Positions 1 to 11,850 of a stretch of DNA of 64,000 nt are shown one piece after another (within the stretch, counting starts at the first letter, position 1; each line of letters opens with the position of its first letter). The position numbers and the translations under genes were made by a program. A model generated the notes under the pieces. It searched no databases. It worked only from the letters and a program-made list of their open reading frames with translations, and was not told where the DNA came from. The stretch covers positions 22,012,001 to 22,076,000 of the forward strand of contig NC_087252.1 of assembly GCF_037042905.1 (NCBI RefSeq). Direction: 5' to 3'. The DNA is from Lytechinus pictus. Taxonomy: Eukaryota.

Positions 1-3000
1 AGGCCAGTCAGTGGTCTGGTATGACCAAAAATCCAATATGGCTTCCAAAACCTGATTTTAAAATGGCTGTTGATACTTTAAAATGGCATATATCATTTTA
101 AATCCGCCTGTGAGATATGATTTCGGTGTCTAAACTATGGTTTCAAGGGTCAAATTATATATTAAGACAAGACAATGGCAGTCAGTGGTCTAGTATGTCC
201 AAAATTACAAGATGGCTTCCAAAAATGGAGTAAAACATGTCTGATGTTACTTATAAAAGGACATAGTTTGTTTAATATCTGTCTGGGGAATATGAATTTG
301 GTGTTAAACCATGGTTTAAAAAGGTCAAGTAATACACTAGGGTCAGTTACAAGACCAGTCAGTTGTCTGTATGTTAAAAATCCAAGATTACTTTTAAAAA
401 AGAATGGGGTGTAAATTGACTGTTGCTAGTTAAAAGTATGCATAGTTTATTATAAATACACCTTGGAGGTATGATTTTGCTGTCTATGCTAACGTTTACA
501 GGGTCAAGCAATACATTTGGTTAAGTTGAAAGGACAGTCAGGTGTCAGGTATGTCCAAAAATCGAAGATGGCTTTAAAAATGGGGGTCTTAAATGGCTGC
601 TGTTACTTAAAAGTGGATGCAGAACATTATAAATACACCTTGGGGATATTATTTTGGTGTCTACACTAGGGTTTCAAGGGCCAAACAATACTTTTGGACT
701 GGTTACCATGATATGCAGCTATCCATTTTGCCTCAAAATCCAAGTTGGCTTAAAAAATGGGTTCTAAAGTGACTACTGTTACGTAAAATATCTACCTGTT
801 AAAAATAATCTAGGTTCCTACACTTAAATGCATGGGGACGAGTTATTATTGTTTCATGAGTTGGTAACAGCACCCATTTTGATGAAATTTTAGAATCCAT
901 CATGGATTCTTTGACAACATTGAGTACTAACCATCCTTGTTACTTGTCCGATTGTATTATTTGACCCTTCATACCACAATTTGGACACCAATATTATTTC
1001 TTACAGGTGAATATTGTAGAACTCTGACCACTATTGAATATGAGTCGTTTTAGATTCCCTTTTTAAAAACCCTCTTGTGTTTTAGGCAAACTGGACAACT
1101 GCATATCAATGTAACCAGTCCAAACGTATTGTTTTAACCATGAAACCATAGTGTGGACACCGAAATCATATCTCCTTGGTGGATAATGAACTATGTCCAT
1201 TTTAAAAGTAACAGCAGTCATTTTAGACTCCGATTTTGGGAAGCTTTCTTAGATTTTCGACATACTGGACCACTGACTGTCCTTGTAACTAATTTTCTTC
1301 CTTTTGAAACCATGATATAGGCAACAAAATCATATGCCCTTGACGAATATAACATGAACAATGTCCATTTTTAAATACCATCGCGGCTAATTGATACTAT
1401 TTTTTAAGCCACCGTGGACTTTTGGACATATACTTGACCACCCATCGTCCTTGTAACTTATCTCAATTTATTATTTGACCCATTTAACCATGGTATAGGC
1501 ACAAAAGTCATATTCCCGGATATTGAACAAACTATGTTGGGTTTTATTTGAGTAGCAACAGCATTTTTTACTCCATTTTTGGAAGCCATCTTGGATGGAC
1601 TGTCCTTGTAACTTGTCACAATGTATTATTTGACCATTGAAATCATGGTCACCAAAATCATATCTCTCAGGTAGATGTGATATGAGCTATGCCCATTTTA
1701 AGGATAAACAGCCATTTTAAACTAAATTTTTGGAAGCCATCTTGTATTTTTGGACACACCGGACCACTGACTGTCCTTGTAACTTGTCACAATGCATTAT
1801 TTGACCATTGAAACCATGGTCTAGACACCAAAATCATATCTCTCAGGTAGATGTGATAAGAGCTATGCCCATTTTACATATGGAAAAGTTTGGGGTGGAA
1901 ATTCGCATTTGCTCAAAATGACCGGGTTCCGCGGGTCACCGACGTACGCCGCCCGCTTCATGAATTATTCATGAGCTCTCCGGTCCCAATGCGCACGCCA
2001 GCTTACGAAACTACGATACGGACGCGTCCATTATGGAAAATGGGTAAATTATCGTAAAATCTACATGCATACAGAACACTGTAGGCTTGATGTTTATGGC
2101 ATTTTCTTTCGTTTTTTTTTTTATAGTGGGCAGATCTACATGTAAATACAAAAGTTGTTTATGTTGTTTCTGCATATTGTTATGTGAACGTCCTGTCAAG
2201 CTGGAATCCCCCCGTAGACACAAATGGTGCTATCCAACCTCTCTTTGTACAGTTATGAGAATGGGCGATCCTGAGCCGACATTGTAGAAAAAAGCACAAT
2301 TCTCCTCGTTCTGTTCTTAACAATACATATAAATGAAAGTTTCAGACTCTTTGCAGTCTTATGTCACTAGATCAAAATCCAATTTAGCTAAATACCCGAA
2401 GTAAACCTCAAATGTTGTCTGATTTTCCGAGAATGTCAGGCCGCGCTACACGTAAAATCCACCATGATGAAACTCAGACGTCTTGATACGTCATGACCCG
2501 GTATGCTAATTAGGGCAGAGATCGCACTGACGGCTGATTGGGTGAACAAATGAAGGGGTCTTAGTTTTTCTTTATTTCCGTAGACAATTTTTAACCAATC
2601 AGCATCATTCTTACATGTATTGTAGAGAAATATATTCTGCACAGATTGGCGGGAAACCGGCTTTCGTACGATGTTTGGTTCATGAGATACAGTCTTTGAC
2701 AGACCGTCCCACCTCGACACAGCGTGTGCAAACAGGGAAATTTACGTGTAATAATACGCAAATCTGGTGTGGGAGAAGCTCAAACATGTGTTTTATAAAC
2801 AGCAATTCCGTGGAGCCTGAATCTCTAATTTCTTTAAAATTTGGTATTATCATAAAAAAAGGTGTAGAAAATAGATTTCCACTCAACCGAGCTTCGTAGG
2901 AATTTTACTTTTGAGTCAATTCACATTTCGGCCCCATTACAACATAATTTCGTATCTAGAGTGCCATAGCTTCTGTACACGTACGCGCGTTCGGTCGCTG

Positions 3001-3530
3001 CTCGGGAGCAAATGCGACTACTTTTCCATATGGGATAAACAGCCATTTTAAACTCAATTTTTGGAAGCCATCTTGTATTTTTGGACACACCAGACCACTG
3101 GCTGTCCTTGTAACTTGTCCCGATGTACTACTTCATCATTAAAACAATCGAATGGAAACCAAATTAAAGCCACTTAAGTAATAGATAAATTGTGGATTTT
3201 TTTTTACTACGGCAGCCAATTTGGGCGCCATCTTGGATTTTCCTGGTACCTTGGAGTGCTAATATTCACTCTAACTTGTATAAATAAATTCGTTTACCCA
3301 TTGGACCATGGAATATGAACCCAAATAGGATTCTAGGGTGGATAATGAGTGAGTTATATCCATTTTTAGTGAATGGTGGCCATCTTGGACGCCATCTTGA
3401 AAATAACCACTTTCCCTGATGCGGATTTTGGTAGATTTTTAGTATGTTATTCCTGAGGTCAAATACTGCCAGAAACAGTTGAAAAATCATTTGTTGCAAT
3501 TTGTTCCGGGTCAAACCATATATTGACCCG
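1..3530. mobile_element. Foldback-like element: tandem ~120-bp subrepeats arranged as a large inverted repeat (left end outside window, right end approximate)
   Basis: The unit GTCAGTGGTCTGGTATGTCCAAAAATCCAAGATGGCTTCCAAAA recurs forward over 1-780. Its reverse complement (TTTTGGAAGCCATCTTG...GACCACTGAC) recurs over ~870-3250. A separate TIR element interrupts it at 1877-3032. Confidence 0.65.
1877..3032. mobile_element. Non-autonomous TIR element nested in the foldback array
   Basis: 13-bp TIR CATATGGAAAAGT/ACTTTTCCATATG plus subterminal IR TCGCATTTGCTC/GAGCAAATGCGA. It splits the host unit GCCCATTTTA|GGATAAACAGCC, which is seen intact at ~1691. Confidence 0.75.
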
Positions 3531-3554
3531 TCTACATTAATAAGTGAAGTCTAA

Positions 3555-3861
3555 GATAATCTTTGAAGGTTTTTATGGTGGAGAGAATAATGGAAGTTTT
3601 ACGGTAAATACCACGTATGCAGTCCTGAAAAGGACCATTTGTTATTCTTTCTTGATTGTATGTTAGCTCTGTAAAGAACTGTTAACCAACCTGGTTATAT
3701 TCTTGAGTTTTCAAGAGGATCATCATTTCTGATGACGACCAGAACATGCTGGTCGAAACGTCGTTAACAGTTCTTTTCAGAGCTAACATATAATCAAGAT
3801 AGAATAACAAACAATCCTTAATTTTCAGGACTGCATACATAGCGTTTACCGTAAAACTTCC
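3555..3861. mobile_element. Palindromic insertion carrying a hammerhead core; Penelope-like retroelement relic
   Basis: ~100-bp inverted arms (3590-3686 / 3763-3862). Flanking 15-bp direct repeat ATAAGTGAAGTCTAA (3540-3554, 3862-3876). Centre contains CTGATGA-C-GACCAG-aacatg-CTGGTC-GAAA-CGTC. Confidence 0.6.
3729..3762 (+). ncRNA. Hammerhead ribozyme core (minimal type I; stem I degenerate)
   Basis: CUGAUGA box, perfect 6-bp stem II, GAAA box, palindromic ACGU stem III and GUC triplet. Stem I pairing is poor. Confidence 0.5.
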
Positions 3862-5390
3862 ATAAGTGAAGTCTAACGTTACATCTAACTTAGATCTAAC
3901 TGTAGTGATCTGTTAGTGTTAGACCTAAGTCTAAGATCTAACTTTAATATTAGTCTAACTATACCAAAAGGTCTCTGTTCGTCGATGTTCCACACTGGAG
4001 ATCTAACTTAGAATCCACGTCTTGTTGCACTTGGTAGGAGAAACGTAAAAAAAAAAATCCTCAAAACCGTCGGATTTCACCTGTCTCATCTAGAAATGGT
4101 TTAGATCTAACTTTACATCTAGTCTAATTACTAGATCTAGACAAGACCATAAAACTAGGGTTGGCCCAAATATACAAGCCCTTAGGTTCGGAGATGCAAT
4201 TTCGATCCAGTTTTCGGGAATACAGCGCGTTCATTTCAGACTCTTAGAATTAAACGTCAAATGAAATTTAGAATGTGAAATCTAACCTTAAACATTCATC
4301 GTTGATAAACATCAGCCCTGAAGCAATTGCACCTAAAATCAGGCCAGGTAAATTAGACGTCATTGTCTATGTTACTAGAAGATCTATGTCAAGTCGCCTG
4401 GAGCTCCAGCGCATCAACGTCACTTAGTTAGCTACGCGACCGGGCCAGACTCGGCGCACGCAGGCCAGAAAAACTACTTCGATTTGGACTTTGGTTGTTA
4501 CGCATTTATTAGTGGTGCAGTGAAATTTAGCAGAGGAAAATCAGAGCGGTACTATCGTAGAACGTTCCCGCCGGTTTCATCAATTCATCTTATTTTATCG
4601 ATATAAAATTTCTTGAAACCAAGATTAACTTTATTTCATTTTTTTGTCAAAAAGCAATTTAATTTGTCAAATACATTTTTAAATGACTTGTTAAAAAAAT
4701 TATTCAAATTAAAATTATTTAAAATCGACAAATGAAAAAAAAAATCTACAAAGTTCGAAAACACGACCTTATTTTTAATTTTTGTTAGTCCGAGCGGAGT
4801 TGACCTTTCCTAGAGCATCACCGATGTATGTTGCTGCCATCTACGTTCGTTGGGCAGGGCGTGCGGAGGTGTGCGTGAAGGAATGTGAGTGAATATTAGT
4901 TTAGTGCGCGCGTGAGTGCGTTAGGGTGTGCGTGTATGTGAGAGAAAGATGAGTAATGATATCATCAACATGGTATTCTCGAATATTGGATTGTTTCTTG
5001 AAATAGTGCTCGTGTGTGTCTGTATTCAAATGAGCGGCAAACAGGGGTGCACGTCACAATCTCAGTTTCACCCCGCATCTGTCTTAAGGATTGTCCGTCC
5101 CATTTTCTTTAGATAACTAAAAAAAAAGAAAAAAAAGGATCGACTTCAAACTTGGGTTCGACTTGCTCAAAGGAGTGACGGTGATCTAATTCGCCTTGGA
5201 GTATCAAAGTGATAATAGTAATAACTTGTATTTCCCTAGGGTAGGCACTTCGACTATAGCTGAATTTCAAGTACATATAGATCGTTCTCCATGCAATTTC
5301 AAATGTCGAGCGCCTGGCAATTAAGTCAGGAGGGTTTATTTTCAAGACTACGGTATGACTCAATCGAGCCTACACCTCCCGTTAATGAGG

Positions 5391-5563
5391 TAGTCTGCAG
5401 GCACAAACCCTGATTGAAACTTTGATCAACAAGTGGGTCTCCACACGTAAAGACTAGCACACACAAAACTTGCTGTTTCGATTCAGGGCCTTCAGTACAC
5501 AAGGCATTAGTAGGCTGCACGTTCAGACCCTTGTCTCGAGTGAAGGGCATGCACAGCAGACTA
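5391..5563. mobile_element. Short TIR element with 9-bp TSD (AcademH-like MITE)
   Basis: Termini TAGTCTGC/GCAGACTA. Flanks TTAATGAGG (5382-5390) and TAAATGAGG (5564-5572). A related inverted partial copy lies at ~43369-43488. Confidence 0.6.
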
Positions 5564-5599
5564 TAAATGAGGCGGGCTCTCTACCACTGAGCCAACATG

Positions 5600-5815
5600 A
5601 CCGGCATTATTACAATTTTCATCATTATCATCATAATGATCATCGCTACCACCACCTTCACTGGCAAATCCCCATCACAATCATCTCCATCACCACCATG
5701 ATCAAGGCCACCACAATCGCCATAACATTTTCTATAATCATCATTATTATCATCAGCATCATGATCACAATGAACATCATCATCACCATCTTCTTCATAG
5801 CCCGTCATTACAAAG
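5600..5815. repeat. (CAT/CAC)n degenerate trinucleotide microsatellite
   Basis: Direct inspection. Similar tracts at 14100-14630, 15655-15820, 18488-18770, 29790-30285 and 59210-59480. Confidence 0.9.
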
Positions 5816-7267
5816 AACAATAAAGTAGTCTTTCTCGAAATTCGGTGAATCAAAACAGCATATGGTCCTTATATGGCTTTGTTTTCTCAGAAACTAGGAC
5901 GAAACTGCTGAAACTCCGGCTTGTCAATTTTCGACAAAGTCTTCTTAGTTGTTCTTTATCCAAAAAACATTTACTTTGTTCTTGAATTCCCGTTCGTCGC
6001 TGAGCAAAGAAAATATAATTTTGCAAATACTCATGGTACTTTTGGCTCTGGAAAATCTACCAAAATTTCTTTCCTATGCGTCACACTGGCTTGAGATGTT
6101 GGCAACCATTGGGTTTCACAACTCTTCACCAAGTTTGCGAAGCAACAAACCAAAACTATTTTCTGCTCCTCCTCTCATTAAACTAATAAAATAATTATTG
6201 ATGCTTTATATCGAACTTACTGTAAAAAGCCACATCATTAAATTTTTATCATGTCCCGGCTGCATCTGACCATTCGTATTGAGACAAAGAAGAAGCATAA
6301 AGGAATGGAATGACAATTCATTATTTGTACCTTGTAGAGTTCTGTTATTGCGCTTTGTTTCCTGTCTTGCTTCATTTAACTCTTATTCCTTCCGATCACT
6401 GATTTTATTATGTCCTTTTCAGAACCATGCATGCTTGCTATAATTTCAAGGTAGACTTTAGAAAATAATAATAGTATTTTGGTAACGCAAAGAATAGAAC
6501 ATTATAAAAACCAATTCATTTCGCTGCCGCCGGCATACAACATTGCACAGTGCCTGTCGTAGCTTGCATAAAAATCGATTTTAAAGAATCCTTTTACAAT
6601 GTCAGAGATACAAAGTTGCAAACCATTCCTTAAAGAATGAAGTAAAACGTAGGTCATGGATTGATTTCTTGGAAAGATTTTTGCTTCTCCACAAAAGTGA
6701 CAAAGGGATGTGGCTATCTACAAGAAAATAAGAGAATATGATTTGAAGCACTTAGATTTTGCCTTGCCTCACATTCTCTTCCCGTTCCTTCACTTTGAGC
6801 CTTTGATTGATCCCACCCCATCTGTATTATGGCATGTTTTCGAGATAGGCCAATCAATTTCTTCATCTTTCATCTCCAACAAATCGATATTGTTCTACAA
6901 AAATCCTTTGTCTTCAAATCTTATAGTTAACCAAACTTGAGCCCAAAATGCTAGATAAAGACAAAACCTTCAAACATTGTGGTCAGACATCTCATGTATT
7001 ATTCATAAAAAAAAAATGGCGTAACCATTACTACTTTGCAATATAAGGCGAGACATTTCAGACGAGGAGCAGTCGTGACACCTAATTAGCGACGGTTCAA
7101 TCATAACTTCAATTCATTCAATTTTTGTCACTCTAAAGGTTTCATATTCGTGCAAACGCTGAATATTTATATTCCTGGCTGAACACATCTTCAAACATCT
7201 TTCGGAGAAAACATAACTTGAATTAGGTAGATTCAATTCTAGAAGCTACTTCTTCTTACTGTCCGCC

Positions 7268-10200
7268 ATGTATGCTGACGGGAATGCGACCGATTTTCCC
7301 GAGGAGCCAACAGGAACAGCCGCGGCGGAAACGGATGATGAGAGACGTGGTCTCTACGCCCTACTCCTACCCCTGCTCCTCGTGGTCCTCATCATCACGA
7401 CCAATGGCCTCAGCCTGGCTGCATTCGCTGTCGAGAAACGCCTCCGCGGATACAACAACTACTTCATCATAAACCTTACAATCTCCGACTTTCTCTTTGG
7501 ATTCCTACTAATCGTTACGGCCATACACAGTTTACTAAGCCGCTCTCCGCTCCCAAATAACATCGGGTGCAGGTTGTTCTACGGCGCCTTCTTCGTCATC
7601 CAGAATGTGTCGAATCTGATCGTTATTGCAATCTGCATCGATAGACACCGCGCAACCTACGATCCCATCGGGCACTTCACCACCAGGAGCAAGCGAAAGG
7701 CCATCTACGCGAACGCCGCCGTGTGGGTTGTGTCGTTCCTCTTCTGGTTCTCCTTTGCCACTATTCCCGATTTCGTCCTGGACTACAACAATGGTCCAAG
7801 TTGCTTCTTATGGTACTACCTGAACCCGATCGCTCACATTGTACCCTTCTTTACCCGGTTCATCATACCTTTTGTGGTGATATTGATTCTCTACGTACGG
7901 ATCTTCACCAAGATTATGAAGACATCCGGTAGGAAGCACATCGACAAGGAGTTTGGTGGTGACCTTAAACAGTCTTCAGGACAGGCCAACTCAGATGGTG
8001 ACGGTGACAAGAAACAGCGCCCTCAGAGCACAGCTGAGTCTGTGAGTACTAGCAATTAGTATATATCTCTATGGTACTAGCATTATTCAAACATACATGT
8101 ATATAATTATGTTGGTTGAATTTTGATCAAGGAAAATATAAAATCCTGCCATATCACATGACTGCATAATTTCGAGTGTTAGATGGGGCCGCATAACGGG
8201 TTTAAGGTGAAGGGGTGGAATGAGGCTGAGTTGAAAGTGGAGGCTAACCATGCAACCACCCCCCCCCCACACGCACACACACACACACATACCCTCACAT
8301 TGAGATGGTAATTTCTCGCTTACGTTTTGTATATTATTGACTATATAGTGTTGTAGGATTGGTTGAATGATGGGTGATTAAGCCCCCTACAACACGCCTG
8401 GGAACCCCGTTAACGATCTTCCTACTAACTGGTCCGCACAAGACTGCTATACTCGCCACGACTTATCCCGGGGACTTATCCCCCCCCCCCACCTACATGT
8501 AATTGGCCCTGGGGGAAAGGGGGTGTTGCGCAGTCACGTTGGTATGCTAAAATGACGAAATTTTATCCAAAATCACCTGCAATTTGGAGTGAAACTCTTT
8601 TTGGGGGGTAATTTTTCTAACAAAAAATATCTTCATTTTGGAGTGAAACTTATTTTGTTTGTCATTTTTTTCAAAATCAGAACCCCCTCTTCAAAAATCG
8701 TTCCCAGGCCCTTGGACCCCCCCCCCCCCCGATATACACTTGTTCAACCAGGTGACAGAGGTTTTTATAGCAGTGCAACCCCTCTACCATTGTCTACCGC
8801 GTTTGATTGGTCTAAAGCAAGCTCTTGGAGATGTAGTAGCGATGTGTCCGCTAAACAAGTTTTTTGCGAGCTTTTTGGCACCTAAACAAGTTGTTGGCAG
8901 AAGTGACCCCTAAACAAGTTTTGCCGTCTTGCTAACAATATATTTAAATATAGACAAAACTATATTTAAGGATATTCCATACCCCCCTGTGTAGTTGGGA
9001 TTAAAATACCACAATCAGGAAGAACCTGAAGACTTTTCAGAAACAAGGAGGAAAAATCCTCGGGGAAAAAACTTTGAGGAAAAACCATACCCTTAACACG
9101 TTTTGCGAATCTGATAGGGAAAAAAGCTTTGGAAAAAATACCCTAAATACGTTTGTTTTGACCAGTCTTTCAAATCCACCCTTATTTTTGAAAATCGGTG
9201 TTTTTGATACCCTACGCTTTTTTGGTCACGCGTATTTACAGCAAAATATTTGACCCCCCCCCCCCCCGGCCCGACATTGTAAGCAAATTCTCAGTAAAAT
9301 CGTTTAAATCTGTAGCTATTGAGAACGTTTTAAGTCCTGACTGATCGAAACTCTAAATTTTGTTTCGAAATACAACAAGGTATTTTTTTAATAATTTAAA
9401 TCATTTGAAATTTCAACAATCATCGGTTTAAAGTTCCAATATTCATTTAGCTCCTGTTTTTAGCCTGTCGGAGATTCGTTGTATGTAACAAGAAATAATT
9501 AATAAAATAGACTGAACTACCTGTTTTGTCTACTGGTGAAAAATTTTCCGGGAGGAAATTTGTTTGAATATGAATTTTTAAAAATATTTTATTTAGTTTT
9601 TCTCATTTTTAAAATTAATTTATTTGTGAACTTGCATGAATTTTGATAATTTTGTTAGCATTGATATCTTGTATCATTTTTTGTTGAGGGTATAAATAAC
9701 CTTTTCCGTTATTTCTAAAGTCACATCCCTAGCATAATGAGTAAAACACGGGGCAAAATGTTTTGTACGGGAAACAATTTCTGAATAGTAGGGCATAGTG
9801 ACTTGTAAAAGCGAACGAGAAAAAACTTACTTTTTTAAAGTTTAAATCTATATTGTGACAAGTTTAAACTTAACGTCCAGAAAATAATTATGTATTTTAC
9901 CATTTACCCTTTCATTTCATTTTTCCTGGGTCATGGAACTATATTATTATTTGTTTTAGTTTTTTTGGGGGGAGGGGGGGGGCAGTTGCCGCAAGGTGTC
10001 GTCCTATTCTGGAAGATTATTAATTTCACTGATTTAATCGTTTATTTATTTGTCTTTTGTGTTTTAGGGTGGTCAGAAGGTAGCCAAGCGTGAATCAGAA
10101 TCGGAGGTTCGCCGCGCAACAAAGACACTTCTCTTCATCATCATCGCCTTCTTCATCACGTGGTGCCCAATATCGATCGTATCCGTCATATATTCGATCG

Positions 10201-10361
10201 AACCGGCTCTCGTTCCCTCCAGCTGGATTCATTTGGTACCCGGGTGGCTGGTCTACGTGAACAGTCTACTCAATCCGATCTGTTACGTCGTCTCGCAGCC
10301 GCTCTTTCGGAAAACCGTATTCGGTTTGATCTGCCATCCGACCCGTTATTGCCGAGGGTAA
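7268..10361 (+). CDS. Orphan rhodopsin-class (class A) GPCR, histamine H3/muscarinic-like framework, 2 exons, ~355 aa
   Basis: Exons 7268-8041 (donor GTGAGT, phase 0) and 10068-10361 (acceptor TTTTAG). TM1 N, TM2 NLTISD, TM3 C...IDRH, TM5 P...Y. Exon 2 encodes TM6 TWCP and TM7 NSLLNPICY, ending RYCRG*. Confidence 0.9.
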
Positions 10362-10837
10362 TTGTACAGGCACGGATATCCAGGGGGCCCCAAGAAAGAT
10401 ATGTTTTTATTTAGAAGGATCTTATATTCTTCGTTTTCTGATATCGTGAAATCAATAATATCTTCATATTCTTATCGGTCTTTTTTTTTTAATGTCGCCG
10501 ATTTTATTTCAGTATAATAGTACCAAAGTTCTACCATTTGGCTGGTGTCTCCAAAGGAGGGAATCTTTTGGAATGAAATTTCAAATAATCAAATACAATG
10601 ATTTATTCGAGATTTTGTTCAACCAAATCACAATTTGAAATGAGATAAATGGGATAGTGTTGGTACTCTCTCATTATTCCAATATTTATGTATAGTAAGA
10701 AAGCATAAACGCAAAGGAAAAACAAAAGAAAAAAACGCCGCTATTAGGTGCGGCGTTAGGGCATGGTGTGCCTTATTTGCACTTTTTAAAAATTGTGAAA
10801 AAAAATCAGAGTACTTTTTATAGTCATGTCCTCCCTT

Positions 10838-11076
10838 CACTGTAAAAACTGTGGTGTGAAAACTGACACCAACTGGTGTTAATAGAGGACCACACCCTGA
10901 GGTGTTAAAATAACACCCTAGAGATTGAACATAACACTAAAGAGTGTAAATGTAACAACCATAGGTGTTGTAATAACACCTATAGGTGTGAAACTAACAC
11001 CACCAATTTAACACCGGTGTAAAATAACCGGTGTGGTCCTCTATGTACACCGGTTAACACCACAGTTTTTGCTGTG
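10838..11076. mobile_element. CACTA/EnSpm-like MITE
   Basis: TIR CACTGTAAAAACTGTGGTGT / ACACCACAGTTTTTGCTGTG, 2-bp TT flanks and internal AACACC subrepeats. Confidence 0.7.
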
Positions 11077-11734
11077 TTGGCTTTTACCTTTGGAGGTGCG
11101 GGGATGGAGGGAGATTGTTCCATACCGGGATCTGCTTACGTCTCTGCTGTGACGTGAGCATGAAATTTTGAACGTTTCTGGAAATTTGTACGAAAGGAGG
11201 AAGAAACAGTACATTTACTGGCCCGTGCCCCCCCCCCCTTTAATGTAAAAATGGCATTAAAACAGAAGTGTGCCCCTCTTTTGATAGTGAATACCCTTTT
11301 TTTGCTTGTCAAATTTTGTCGGGGACGAAAATATAATTTTTAGTTAAAAGCTTTTTTTTTGGCTTGTCAAATTTTTCCTCGGAAAAATGTGCCCCCCCCC
11401 CCCCCTTTGGAAAATCCTGGATCCGCCCCTGAGTACATTCACAGATCGTTTTTCTCTGTGATAATTCGAACTTTCAATATGTATAATACAAGGATGGCAT
11501 TTAGCCATTGTGGGAATTAAAATGTATGGACGATGTGGTATGCTTAGGTAAGACCCCTCTCCCCCTCCCCCAGAAAGGTTTGACTGCTTATGTTTCATTA
11601 TATTATGAAACCTTTGTATGATTTTGTGCATCTCATCATCGGGGGATTCAGCTCCGAATCCCTGTAGTAGCTATTTTGGATGCACTACATCTACCGCTTC
11701 TTTTACATTCGATGCTTTGAGTGATGGATACATA

Positions 11735-11850
11735 ATTTATATATCGCTCCGCACGCCTTTGGAATTCCCTCCCTTCTTCACTCCGTGAAATTGACAATTT
11801 AACATTGAACTCTCTATAAATCGCGTCTAAAAACTCATTTATTACAGCAG
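11735..11850 (+). mobile_element. L2/CR1-type LINE 3' remnant
   Basis: GCTCCGCACGCCTTTGGAATTCCCTCCCT...TAAAAACTCATTTA resembles the conserved 'AP.LWNSLP...LKTHL' ORF2 tail. Confidence 0.5.

Noticed and set aside
9025..9050. CTGAAGA...GAAA as a third hammerhead
   Set aside because: No stem II, stem III or stem I pairing.
9464..9484. Possible microexon in the GPCR intron (TTTTTAG|CCTGTCGGAGATTCGTT|GTATGT)
   Set aside because: The better donor gives 17 nt (frameshift) and the in-frame 21-nt option uses a weak GTAACA. Exons 1 and 2 already join in frame.
10160..10414. 84-aa ORF from the track
   Set aside because: It is the wrong frame of GPCR exon 2.
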